From Candidatus Pullilachnospira stercoravium (GTDB taxonomy: Bacteria > Bacillota > Clostridia > Lachnospirales > Lachnospiraceae): DNA of 64,000 bases. This document shows, in pieces, positions 27,606-37,208 of the stretch. Under the pieces are notes generated by a model. That model saw only the letters and a program-made list of their open reading frames with translations. It ran no database searches and was not told the origin of the DNA. Each line of letters starts with the position of its first letter. Positions within the stretch are counted from its first letter, which is position 1. Position numbers and translations under genes: made by a program. Location of the stretch: assembly GCA_018713585.1 (NCBI GenBank), contig DVON01000292.1, positions 4,749 through 68,748 on the forward strand, written 5' to 3'.

Positions 27606-30600
27606 GTGAGTACAGTGGATAAGACAGAGTATCGCATGAAATTAGATGAAATTAATAGTCTGGTTGATGCGCAGGATTATGAAGGGGCCCTGCAGATTGC
27701 AGATACGATAGACTGGCGGAGAGTGAAGAGTATTCGGACGCTCTGCATGGTGGCAGATATCTATGAGGTCAACGGGAAGCTGGAGAGCAGCATGAAGATG
27801 CTGCAGCTGGCTTATAAGAGATCTTCCGTGGGGAAGATGATCCTGTACCGTCTGGTAGAGCTGTGCCTGAAAATGGGAAGGTCCGATGACGCTGTCAGCT
27901 ACTATAACGAATATCTGGAGACCGCCTCTAACGATACCTCAAAATACATATTAAAATATAAGATTCTGAAAGCCCAGAACGCCCCTCTGGATGATCAGAT
28001 TCAGGTATTAGAGGAATACCGGGAACGTGAGTATACCGAGCGCTGGGTGTATGAACTGGCGAAGCTGTATAAGCGCGCAGGGAAAGAACACAAGTGTGTG
28101 GAGACCTGTGACGATCTGATTCTCTGGTTTGGAGAAGGTAAATATGTCACTAAGGCCATGGAGCTGAAGATGACGTATACGCCGCTGACTGTCTCCCAGA
28201 GAGAAAAGTATGAAAAAGCAGTTCCTTCGCCGGGAACAGGTCAGCCGTTTTCCGAAAAGAAGACGGAGCCGGCATCAGTGAAAATACCGCTGACTTCCGA
28301 ACATGCAGGCAATGCTGCATCTCTTGCCATGCATACGGCGGCTGCCGCGGCAGAAGATGTCTCCCGGCAGGATAAAGACGGGGAGACGCTGGAGGCAAAG
28401 GCGGAGCCTTCGGAAAAAGGAAGCGCAGATGCGGATACCCGGATGGGAACGCATACGTCTGCGGATGACAGCAGACCGGTACCCCAGGTGGACACGGGGA
28501 AGATCCGGGAGAACAGTGTTCAGCTGCAGGAGAGACTGGCAAAAAGTTTCCAGGAAGTATTGTCAGGGATTAACAGGAGCAGAGCTGTGGCTTCTATGGA
28601 AAATCTGGGGAAAGCAGCAGGCACAGAACCTCTGAAAATGCCGGAGGAAGAAAATATCAGCGATTATCAGGTGAAGGATCTGAAACCCGAGCGATCCGGG
28701 GAGGATAAGATTTCCGGAGAGAAAGGCGAGGCGATTGCTCACAGGACAGAGCGCCCGGCAGCTCCGGCAAAGGTAAAGACAGAGAAGCCGGAAGACAAAG
28801 AGATCACCAGCGTCAAGGATGTGGATCTTGAGGCGCTGTTTGCGGAAACTTCCAGCATGATTGCCGAGACGATCGGCGCGGCACAGTTGGAAGCCGGTTC
28901 AGAGACAGAGAAAGCCGCTGTTTTGGAAGAAAACACCGAGGCAGAGGAAACACCTGCCGTTCAGGCAGAAGGCGTGCAGACAGAAGCGCCGGCTGATGCG
29001 GAAGAAAGCACTGAGACAGAAGAGACAGCAGTTCCGGAAGAAAGCGCGGAGACAGAAGGGATAGCAGTTCCGGAAGAAAGCGCGGAGACAGAAGAGACAG
29101 CAGTTCCGGAAGAAAGCGCGGAGGCAGAAGAGACAGCAGTTCCGGAAGAAAGCGCGGAGACAGAAGAAACGGAAGTTCCGGAAGAAAGCGCGGACGCTGA
29201 GAACGCAGTGGAAGATGTGGCGGCTGACGAAGAAGAGATTCCGCAGAATCCGGAGGATTTTTCTGATATTGAAGCTGCCCTGGCCCAGGCGGCACAGGGA
29301 TTTATGGAAGAAACTGAACAGGAAGCAGAACCGTCCGCGGCTGAAACTGTGGAAGTTTCCGGAGAAGCTGATGCGGCGGATCTGGATGCCGAGAGAGCCA
29401 TGGAAGCCTTTGCGGCCAGTCTTGACAGTCTGAGTGATGGAGAAACGGACAAAGCTGCGGAGCAGGCAGAAGAGGGAAGCGTTTCGGAGACAGAGGAACT
29501 TCCGGTGAGTGAAGGAGAGGTGCCGGAAGAAACCACAGAGTCTGCGGATGATGCTGAGGAAGCGGCAATGGCGGCTTTCGAGGCGGCACTTAATCTGGAC
29601 ACGGATCTTTCTTACGAGGAGACTTCTGAAGAGGCAGATAATCTCGATGCGGAAGAAGAGCGGGAGATCGCGGACGAAGAATCTTTGGAGGACGAAGAAT
29701 CCGGCGGTGATCCGTTCCTCTCAGCAGTTTCCGGAAATACCGGTGAGCTGGATATAGAGGCGCAGCTGCGGGCTGTGCTGGGCGGACAGGAAGAAAAGAA
29801 GGGCGGAGAAATCCAGGAGGATGATCTTGCCAGAACACTGTTCGGCAGCGAGGAAACGGAGAACGGACAGGAAGAGACGGACTCTCTGGAAGAGGAACTT
29901 TCACAGGAGGAAATTCTGGAGGAGGTTCCCGCAGAGGAAGACAGCTCCCAGGAAGAAGAGGCCGGGGAAGCGGAGTATGAGGAAGTCCTCACAGATCTTC
30001 CGGAGGAGGAAGATATCTCCGCGGAATCTGCAGAGACCCCGGCAGAACAGGAAGATTCATCCGGGGATGAGGAGATGGATTTCACTCCGGATATTGATCT
30101 GGATATCGTTCTTGAGGCCAATAAAGAAAAAGAGGAAGAACAGGAGCAGCTGAATATCGACATGCTTCTGGAAGAAGCGGAGGCGGAGCCGGAGATGCCG
30201 GCAACCATTCCGGAAGGAGAGACCCCGGAGGAAAAACGGATCCGGATCATGAATGCCACCCGTCCGGACCGGCTGACGGATCAGCAGAAGAAGCTGTTTT
30301 CCTATTTCGCGAAGATTCCCGGAATGGATCAGCAGATTCTGGATGCTCTGAACGGCGCTTACAGTCATTCCGGAGAGCGTACTTCCCATCGGGGAAATAT
30401 CGCAATCATGGGAAGCCATGGAACCGGAAAAAGCCGTCTTGGCGACGGCCTGGTAAAGGCTCTCTGCAAGGAACTGGGGCTTCCGGCAGCGAAATACGCG
30501 CGGCTGGATGCTTCTGATATGAACAGCAAAGATCCCGCCAGGGTGGTAGCCAAGCTGTCAGGAGGATTCCTTCTGATTGAACGGGCAGGCCATATGTCGG

Positions 30601-31022
30601 CGGATACCATCAGTAAACTTTCCAAAGCGATGGATTTCCGGACGGACAGTCTGATTGTCATTATTGAGGATGATAAAACCAGCATGCGCAGGATGCTGGC
30701 TGAGTACCCGGAATTCGCGGAGAAGTTCGCTACTGTGATTTCCATCCCGGTGTTTACCAATGATGAGCTGGTAAGCTTTGCCAGAACCTATGCAAGGGAA
30801 AATGGTTACCGGATGGATGAAATGGGTGTTCTTGCGCTTTATACGCTGATTGGAAACAACCAGAGGGAGGACGAGCCTATTACTGTCGGCAAGGTAAAGG
30901 AAATGGTGGATGGAGCCATCCGGCGGGCAGGAGGCGGTCTGAAACTGGGAAGAAAGATTTCCAAACGCCATACAGATGAGGAAGGCAGAATTTACCTGTA
31001 CGAAAAAGATTTTGATCTTTAA
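27606..31022 (+). CDS. Large TPR-like / acidic low-complexity / AAA+ (SpoVK-CbxX-like) ATPase-domain protein
   Basis: The N-terminal ~190 aa are helical-repeat (TPR-like). An Asp/Glu-rich linker of ~650 aa follows, with 12-aa tandem repeats. The C-terminal domain has Walker A IMGSHGTGKSRLG and a Walker-B-like FLLIERAG. The start is ambiguous among GTG 27606, GTG 27615 and ATG 27636. Confidence 0.72.
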   Translation: MSTVDKTEYRMKLDEINSLVDAQDYEGALQIADTIDWRRVKSIRTLCMVADIYEVNGKLESSMKMLQLAYKRSSVGKMILYRLVELCLKMGRSDDAVSYYNEYLETASNDTSKYILKYKILKAQNAPLDDQIQVLEEYREREYTERWVYELAKLYKRAGKEHKCVETCDDLILWFGEGKYVTKAMELKMTYTPLTVSQREKYEKAVPSPGTGQPFSEKKTEPASVKIPLTSEHAGNAASLAMHTAAAAAEDVSRQDKDGETLEAKAEPSEKGSADADTRMGTHTSADDSRPVPQVDTGKIRENSVQLQERLAKSFQEVLSGINRSRAVASMENLGKAAGTEPLKMPEEENISDYQVKDLKPERSGEDKISGEKGEAIAHRTERPAAPAKVKTEKPEDKEITSVKDVDLEALFAETSSMIAETIGAAQLEAGSETEKAAVLEENTEAEETPAVQAEGVQTEAPADAEESTETEETAVPEESAETEGIAVPEESAETEETAVPEESAEAEETAVPEESAETEETEVPEESADAENAVEDVAADEEEIPQNPEDFSDIEAALAQAAQGFMEETEQEAEPSAAETVEVSGEADAADLDAERAMEAFAASLDSLSDGETDKAAEQAEEGSVSETEELPVSEGEVPEETTESADDAEEAAMAAFEAALNLDTDLSYEETSEEADNLDAEEEREIADEESLEDEESGGDPFLSAVSGNTGELDIEAQLRAVLGGQEEKKGGEIQEDDLARTLFGSEETENGQEETDSLEEELSQEEILEEVPAEEDSSQEEEAGEAEYEEVLTDLPEEEDISAESAETPAEQEDSSGDEEMDFTPDIDLDIVLEANKEKEEEQEQLNIDMLLEEAEAEPEMPATIPEGETPEEKRIRIMNATRPDRLTDQQKKLFSYFAKIPGMDQQILDALNGAYSHSGERTSHRGNIAIMGSHGTGKSRLGDGLVKALCKELGLPAAKYARLDASDMNSKDPARVVAKLSGGFLLIERAGHMSADTISKLSKAMDFRTDSLIVIIEDDKTSMRRMLAEYPEFAEKFATVISIPVFTNDELVSFARTYARENGYRMDEMGVLALYTLIGNNQREDEPITVGKVKEMVDGAIRRAGGGLKLGRKISKRHTDEEGRIYLYEKDFDL
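29011..29205 (+). repeat. In-frame 36-bp tandem repeat (about 5.4 copies) encoding EESAETEETAVP
   Basis: GAAGAAAGCGCGGAGACAGAAGAGACAGCAGTTCCG is repeated head-to-tail with a few substitutions. Confidence 0.9.
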
Positions 31023-31040
31023 GACATGAAAACAGACCGA

Positions 31041-31072
31041 AAAGGGGCATGGCCAGAGCCGTGCCCTTTTAT
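31041..31072 (+). terminator. Intrinsic terminator after the TPR/AAA+ gene
   Basis: AAAAGGGGCATGGC-CAGA-GCCGTGCCCC followed by TTTTATT. Confidence 0.78.
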
Positions 31073-31159
31073 TCACGGCAATGGAAAGTCCGCGCGGCGC
31101 AAATTCCATTGTTCACGAAAATTACTGCTGAATAGTCATTAGCAACGAAAGGAAATTAT

Positions 31160-32053
31160 ATGAGCGAAGAGAGAAAGCCGTATCTGGGAAATCCCCAGGA
31201 AACCATTGCTGTCCTTCAGAAATATCATTTTACGTTTCAGAAAAAATTCGGACAGAATTTTCTCATAGATCCCCATGTGCTGGAGAAGATTATCCGGGCT
31301 GCCCGGATAACCAGGGACGATTTTGTGCTGGAAATCGGCCCCGGCATCGGAACTATGACCCAGTATCTGGCCTGTGCGGCGGGAAAGGTATGCGCGGTGG
31401 AGATTGACAGGAATCTGATTCCTATTCTGGAAGATACCCTGAAAGATTTTGATAATGTAACGGTACTCAATGAGGATATTCTTAAGGTTGACATTGGTGC
31501 GCTGGCCCGTCAGCAGAATGGAGGGAAGCCCATTAAAGTGGTGGCAAATCTGCCGTATTATATTACCACGCCGATTATCATGGGCCTCCTGGAAAGCCGT
31601 GCGCCGGTGGCTTCCATGACGGTGATGGTTCAGAAGGAAGTGGCCGCGAGAATGCAGGCGGTTCCGGGAACTAAGGATTATGGAGCGCTCTCGCTGGCGG
31701 TCCGGTATTATGCAGAACCATATATTGCCGCCAATGTTCCCCCCAACTGCTTTATGCCGCGGCCCGGGGTGGGAAGCGCTGTGATCCGGCTGACGCTGCA
31801 TGAGCGTCCGCCGGTGGATGTGGATGACGAGTCCTTGTTGTTTGGCATTATCCGGGCATCATTTAATCAGAGAAGAAAGACGCTGGCAAACGGATTGAAA
31901 AATGATCAGGCTCTGGATTTTACCAGAGAAGAGATAGAGGAGGCTGTGGAGGCCTGCGGCTTTCCGCCTTCGGTGAGGGGAGAAACGCTTTCACTGGAAC
32001 AATTCGCGGCTCTTTCCAATGTCCTGGGGAAAATCCGTAGAAACCGGAAATAA
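31160..32053 (+). CDS. rsmA: 16S rRNA (adenine1518/1519-N6)-dimethyltransferase
   Basis: KKFGQNFLIDPHVLEKI, the SAM motif VLEIGPGIGTMT, and NLPYYITTPII are present. Confidence 0.93.
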   Translation: MSEERKPYLGNPQETIAVLQKYHFTFQKKFGQNFLIDPHVLEKIIRAARITRDDFVLEIGPGIGTMTQYLACAAGKVCAVEIDRNLIPILEDTLKDFDNVTVLNEDILKVDIGALARQQNGGKPIKVVANLPYYITTPIIMGLLESRAPVASMTVMVQKEVAARMQAVPGTKDYGALSLAVRYYAEPYIAANVPPNCFMPRPGVGSAVIRLTLHERPPVDVDDESLLFGIIRASFNQRRKTLANGLKNDQALDFTREEIEEAVEACGFPPSVRGETLSLEQFAALSNVLGKIRRNRK

Positions 32054-32060
32054 AGATTAC

Positions 32061-32110
32061 AAAAAGAGTGTTGGCCATGACACCGCACGTCAAGGCCAAC
32101 ACTCTTTTGT
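32061..32110 (+). terminator. Intrinsic terminator after rsmA
   Basis: AGAGTGTTGGCC...GGCCAACACTCT followed by TTTTGTTTATTTTTT. Confidence 0.82.
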
Positions 32111-32435
32111 TTATTTTTTAAAGGAAGGAGAGTCGATATCTCTATCGACATATGAAAAAGAAAAGTTATAAAATAATGTGATCAATTATTTTATGGTCTT
32201 AGTATAACCATAAAATGTGAGAGAAACGTGTTCAAGTTGTAAAGAAAATATGAATGAATATCGAAAGATTTATGAATAAGAGAAAAGGATTTTGGATGGA
32301 AAGAACAGAAGGAGAGACACAGGTATCTTAAGAATCCATGAATTTTCCTCCATATCGGGAGACAGGGGAGAGGAGCTGTGCTATAATGAGCGTTAGCAAA
32401 TGGGGGGATAGAAGGATGGTCAAAAAGAAAGGAGT

Positions 32436-33359
32436 ATGGATATGATGTATAGAGCAAAATGGAAGAGAGGGGCAGCAGTATTTCTTGCGGCGCTTACTTT
32501 GACGGCAGGTCCGCTTCTTCCGGAGACGGTACGGGCAGATTCCGCCGATACGCCGTATATCGCGCTGGGTGCGGATCTGACGGCGGAGCAGAGAGCTACG
32601 GTTCTGGACCTTCTGGGCGTGACAGAGGCGGATTTGGAGAATTATACGGTGGTGACGGTAACCAATGAGGAGGAGCATCAGTATCTGGATTCGTATCTGG
32701 ATGCCAGTGTCATTGGAACCAGAGCGCTGTCCTCTGTGGTGGTGGAGAAACAGGCAGAGGGACAGGGTATTCAGGTGAGAACAAGCAATATTACATATTG
32801 TACTACCGGTATGTATCAGAATGCTCTGGCTACGGCCGGACTGCAGGACGCCCAGGTGCGGGTGGCCGGGCCCACCAACATATCAGGTACTGCCGCGCTG
32901 GTGGGAGCCATGAAGGCATATGAGGCCATGACGGGCGAGGAGGTAACTCCGGAAAATGCGGATGCCGCTACGGACGAACTGGTGACGACCAGCGAACTGG
33001 GGGAGACTCTGGGAGATCAGGATAAAGCGGAGGCGCTGATCGGAGCCGTAAAGGACAGCGTGGTGGCTCAGGAGGCAGATACGCCGCAGGAGATCGAAGC
33101 GATCATCAACGATACCGCTCAGCAACTGGAAATTCAGCTGTCTGAGGATGATATGGCACAAATTACATCTCTTATGGAAAAAATCGGAGATTTGAATCTG
33201 GATGTGGACTCGCTGAAGGAGCAGGCGGCAGATCTGTATGATAAGCTGGAAAGCATGGATATTCATATCAGCGAGGAACAGGTGAGAGGATTTTTCGGAA
33301 AACTGGCAGACTGGCTGGGAAATGTCTGGGATGCGATTTCCGGTCTGTTCCAGCAGTGA
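32436..33359 (+). CDS. DUF1002-family secreted protein
   Basis: It has a signal peptide (AAVFLAALTLTAGPLL). PYIALGADLTAEQRATVLDLLGV and the repeated helical C-terminal half fit DUF1002. Alternative in-frame ATGs lie at 32442 and 32445. Confidence 0.72.
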   Translation: MDMMYRAKWKRGAAVFLAALTLTAGPLLPETVRADSADTPYIALGADLTAEQRATVLDLLGVTEADLENYTVVTVTNEEEHQYLDSYLDASVIGTRALSSVVVEKQAEGQGIQVRTSNITYCTTGMYQNALATAGLQDAQVRVAGPTNISGTAALVGAMKAYEAMTGEEVTPENADAATDELVTTSELGETLGDQDKAEALIGAVKDSVVAQEADTPQEIEAIINDTAQQLEIQLSEDDMAQITSLMEKIGDLNLDVDSLKEQAADLYDKLESMDIHISEEQVRGFFGKLADWLGNVWDAISGLFQQ

Positions 33360-33877
33360 TTTGTGACAGCAGCGGTATTCAGAAGGCGCCTTTCAAATGC
33401 GTTTCTGCTGATATGCACATAAAAACAGTTTAAAAAAACGGTGTAAATGAGAAAAAAGACGAAAAAAGGAAATCCGGTGTTCGCAAAAATGAGCATAAAT
33501 ATATAAGAAAAAGGATGCTTGCAGAGAAAACATTGTGAGAATTCACCATAAATTCAATAAAAGTTCATGGTTTGTTCATAATATACTGGTATCCTATAAT
33601 CAGTTCCGAAAGGAATAAAGAAGTTGTGTATTGTAATGGGTTCATTACACATTAAAATTTTTTCATAATAATCGCCCGCGGCAGCCGATGTCGCGGGCAC
33701 TCCTCGTTTTTAGGGAAAAACTGTTACGACAGAGACAGGAAGGACAGGAAATTTTGTACCACAGAAGTTTCCTGTCCTTTCCGTTTTATGGGCGGAAAAA
33801 AGTTGAAGAATCGAAAGGAAAAGAAGGTGTATACTAAAAGTATATGCGAAAACGGAAGATAACCAGAGGGCAGGAGG

Positions 33878-35056
33878 GTGGTTATTTTGGAGTGGGGACA
33901 AAACTGGGAGCCGGATATTTCCATAGACGCTTTTATGCGGGGAGAGATTTCCTTCTGGAGATTCTCACAGCTTCTGCAGGAGGTGTATCAGGGGAAGGAG
34001 CCGCTGGGACGGCGCCTGACGGAAAAACTTTTGGAATACGGACGTCTGAAAATACCGGATGTTCCTTCGTGGGAACAGGAGGAGACCTGTACAGTCAGAG
34101 GTGAAACGGAGGATCGGGAGCAGATTGCCCGAAGGGTAAGAAACTGGATGCATGACCGGAATCTGCCAAAGAACCGGGAAGAGCTGTTTAAGATTTGTTT
34201 CGCCCTGGAGCTGGATGAAAAGCGTGCGGAGACGGTACTGGGGATGACAGCGGAAAGCGGAATTCATTTCAGAAATCCCCGGGAGCTGATCTACGCTTAT
34301 TGTCTGAGAAAGAAAATTGAATATCCGGAGGCTGTCCGCATGGTGAAAAAGTACTGGAAGGATCCGGTCCCGTTTGGCGGTATGCAGCACCGGGAATACC
34401 TGCGGAAGGATGGAGACAGGGAAGGAACGGCAGACCTTACCGGCTATATCCGCAGCCGCTTTGAAAAAATCAACAGTGAAAAAGAACTGGAGGATTTTTT
34501 CAGGCAGAAAGGCGGAAAATTCGGGCTGCATCATAATACCGCCTATCGGAAATTCCGTAAAATGCTCAGCTTTCTGGTGCATCCTGCGGCACCGGGGGAT
34601 TTCCTTCCGGACGAGCAGATTTACAGTATCCGCAAGGCAGTGGACCAGTATCTCCGCATGGGAGTCCCCTATGATAAAAAATCCGGACGGTATACCTGGA
34701 TACAGCGGGAAATCAAGCAGCACTGGCCATCGGCGAAGACGATCTATGAGATGTGCGCCAGGAGGAGGGATGTGGACAGGAAAACGCTGCTGCTCCTTTA
34801 CCTGGCAACGGAGGGAGAAGGGGAGATACGGCAGGAGGAACAGAAAAGTTTTGCGGAACATCACAGAAGAATGGATCTGATGCTGTGCGAATGTGGTATG
34901 CCGGTATTAAATATTCACAGCCCCTTTGACTGGCTGGTGATTCAGGCGGTTCGCCAGGAAAATGAAGATGATTTTATTGGTCTGCGGATGGAGCGGATGA
35001 TTCGGAAAATTTATAATGAGGAGAAGCCGGCGGTATATCTTACCGCAGAGAAGTAG
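33878..35056 (+). CDS. Hypothetical cytoplasmic protein (no domain recognised), first gene of a pair with the Ser/Thr kinase
   Basis: A long ORF with normal composition that ends 14 nt before the kinase start. The start is uncertain: GTG 33878 abuts the RBS, TTG 33887 lies 9 nt after AGGAGG, and there is an ATG at 33935. Confidence 0.6.
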   Translation: MVILEWGQNWEPDISIDAFMRGEISFWRFSQLLQEVYQGKEPLGRRLTEKLLEYGRLKIPDVPSWEQEETCTVRGETEDREQIARRVRNWMHDRNLPKNREELFKICFALELDEKRAETVLGMTAESGIHFRNPRELIYAYCLRKKIEYPEAVRMVKKYWKDPVPFGGMQHREYLRKDGDREGTADLTGYIRSRFEKINSEKELEDFFRQKGGKFGLHHNTAYRKFRKMLSFLVHPAAPGDFLPDEQIYSIRKAVDQYLRMGVPYDKKSGRYTWIQREIKQHWPSAKTIYEMCARRRDVDRKTLLLLYLATEGEGEIRQEEQKSFAEHHRRMDLMLCECGMPVLNIHSPFDWLVIQAVRQENEDDFIGLRMERMIRKIYNEEKPAVYLTAEK

Positions 35057-35070
35057 CGGAGGAAAAGGAA

Positions 35071-36972
35071 ATGGACAAACGGATCAGTCTTCCAGAGGGA
35101 TATCAGCTTTTCCACGGGGGAAAAAGCTATACCATTAAAAAGTATATCAGTGCCGGGGGAAACTCCATGGTCTATCAGGCATGGTATGAAGATACTCTGA
35201 TGCCGGAGAAAATGCACACGGTTCTGATCAAGGAACTGTATCCCTATGATTCTCTGAACCGCATCCAAAGAAATGAGAATATGAGTTTGGAGGTGCTGGA
35301 TGGAGCAGAAGAATTATTTGAAAACCACAGAAAAAGTTTTCTTCTTGGCAATCGGGTTCACCTGACGCTGGCCCAGGAGGGAAAGGGAGGAATTGCGGAA
35401 AATCTTGATTCTTTTCGGCAGAACGGCACCATCTACACCATCTTGACAGTCAGGAAGGGCAGAGTGCTGAAGGAAATGCTCAATGAAGGAAAGTTTTTTC
35501 CGGGCCTGGAAGAGGTGGTGCAGTGTATCCAGAACCTGCTGTATACTCTGGAGCTGTTCCACGAGCATAAACTGCTGCATCTGGATGTAAGCCCGGACAA
35601 TATTTTTATGCTGGATTCCAGGGAATCCGGAGCGTTTCCCACAGAGCTGCTGCTGCTGGATTTCAACAGCGTGTATTCTGTGGAGGATCCATCCTCCTAT
35701 CTTGAGGAATATTATCCAGGAAAGCCGGGATATATGGCTCCGGAGGCGGCGCTCAGAAAAAATGAGGAGCTGGGCCCGTGGACAGATCTGTACTCAGCGG
35801 CAGCTGTATTTTTCTGTCTGCTTACAGATGGAAAAACGCCGGAGGATGTGGAACTGGCAGGCGGAAGAGAACTGGTGTCCGCTTACTCCCGGCTGTTGCT
35901 TCATGAAAAAGAGGCAACAGCCCGGCAGGTAAATGAGATTCTCGGAAAAGGTCTGGCGGCTCTGCCCAAAGTCAGATATCAGAACACCGGAGAAATGCTG
36001 AAGGATATTCAAAAACTGAGGGATATCATGAGCGGCGCCATACGGATTCCGGTGGTCTGGGAGCGGGAGGGACAGCAGACCGGCATGGAACCCCCTAAGA
36101 AACGATGGGGGATGAGGACAGCTCTGGCGGCAGGCGCGTTGGTTCTGGCGGCGGGAGGATTTCTGGGCGGCAGGGCCAGCCTTCTGAGACAGGAGGCGGT
36201 GACAGAGGAAAGTACCAAGCTGGATCTCTACCAGTTTCCTCTGGAAACGGATGATTCGGTGGTGCTGACTCAGCAGGACGTGCGGTATCCCCTTGTGGAT
36301 AACCGGATGGATGTGCAGGTTCAGACTTCTACAGCAGTGCGGGTTATGCTTAAGGATTACACCCATAAGCGGGATTTGTCGGAGGTGATTTCCACATATT
36401 CCCTGTTCTGCTTTTATACGGGAAAGGATGACAAACGGGGCTGGCAGAACGCGGATCTCACCTATGACTTCTTCTACACTGAGGATAATACCATGCATAT
36501 GGAGCTTCCTTTCCAGGATCCCAATCATTTTGAACTGGATTATGTGGGTGTGATTTTACAGAATTTCAATTACAGTGAAAGCCAGCTGATTCTGGATATC
36601 AGCCGGTGTACGCTGGTGGACGGCGAGGGAAATTCCTACGAGATGACGGAGCTTCTGGGCAGTCATTTGCTGTTTTTTGACGAGGAACGGTGGCAGCAGA
36701 ATATGATTACCACCGAGAATCAGAAATATGTGGAGACCTTCGACGATATCAGAGGCGGAAAGCTGATTGTGGACGCCGCGGTGGGTTTTCTGGATCCTTT
36801 GCTGGAGGTGAGTTGGAGCAGCGACAATCCGGATATCGCCACGGTGGATGAACGGGGCAGAGTAAAGGGGCTGCGGCAGGGAACCGCCACGCTTACCGTT
36901 ACCATCCGGGATAAGGAAACGGGGGAAGAGAGAAGTACCCAGATGCTGGTGAATGTAATCTCCAAACTGTAG
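35071..36972 (+). CDS. Membrane Ser/Thr protein kinase-like protein with an extracellular domain ending in a Big_2 (bacterial Ig-like) fold
   Basis: The kinase motifs are VLIKEL (VAIK Lys), HLDVSPDNIF (HRD-like Asp and Asn), LLDFNS (DFG-like) and GYMAPE. There is a TM helix ALAAGALVLAAGGFLGG. The C-terminal ATVDERGRVKGLRQGTATLTVTI is Big_2-like. Confidence 0.8.
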   Translation: MDKRISLPEGYQLFHGGKSYTIKKYISAGGNSMVYQAWYEDTLMPEKMHTVLIKELYPYDSLNRIQRNENMSLEVLDGAEELFENHRKSFLLGNRVHLTLAQEGKGGIAENLDSFRQNGTIYTILTVRKGRVLKEMLNEGKFFPGLEEVVQCIQNLLYTLELFHEHKLLHLDVSPDNIFMLDSRESGAFPTELLLLDFNSVYSVEDPSSYLEEYYPGKPGYMAPEAALRKNEELGPWTDLYSAAAVFFCLLTDGKTPEDVELAGGRELVSAYSRLLLHEKEATARQVNEILGKGLAALPKVRYQNTGEMLKDIQKLRDIMSGAIRIPVVWEREGQQTGMEPPKKRWGMRTALAAGALVLAAGGFLGGRASLLRQEAVTEESTKLDLYQFPLETDDSVVLTQQDVRYPLVDNRMDVQVQTSTAVRVMLKDYTHKRDLSEVISTYSLFCFYTGKDDKRGWQNADLTYDFFYTEDNTMHMELPFQDPNHFELDYVGVILQNFNYSESQLILDISRCTLVDGEGNSYEMTELLGSHLLFFDEERWQQNMITTENQKYVETFDDIRGGKLIVDAAVGFLDPLLEVSWSSDNPDIATVDERGRVKGLRQGTATLTVTIRDKETGEERSTQMLVNVISKL

Positions 36973-37018
36973 CATTTGAAAGTGGACAACAGAACGGAAA
37001 GAAGTTGCAAAGAAGAAA

Positions 37019-37069
37019 AACGGGATATGGTAAAATAGCAGTCAAGCTATCCTGCCATATCCCGTTTTC
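37019..37069 (+). terminator. Intrinsic terminator after the kinase gene
   Basis: ACGGGATATGG...GCCATATCCCGT followed by TTTCC, preceded by an A-run. Confidence 0.72.
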
Positions 37070-37208
37070 CATGAATCATGAAGCTGTGGATTTTCATCGG
37101 CAGAGAACGGAAAGCGGGTTTGTCAGGGCGGCAAAGGAGCGGCAGGAAATTCAATGGATTCCGTCGCCGGTAACAGAGTGTGTAGGTGAGAAAGGCAGAG
37201 AGGAGATT

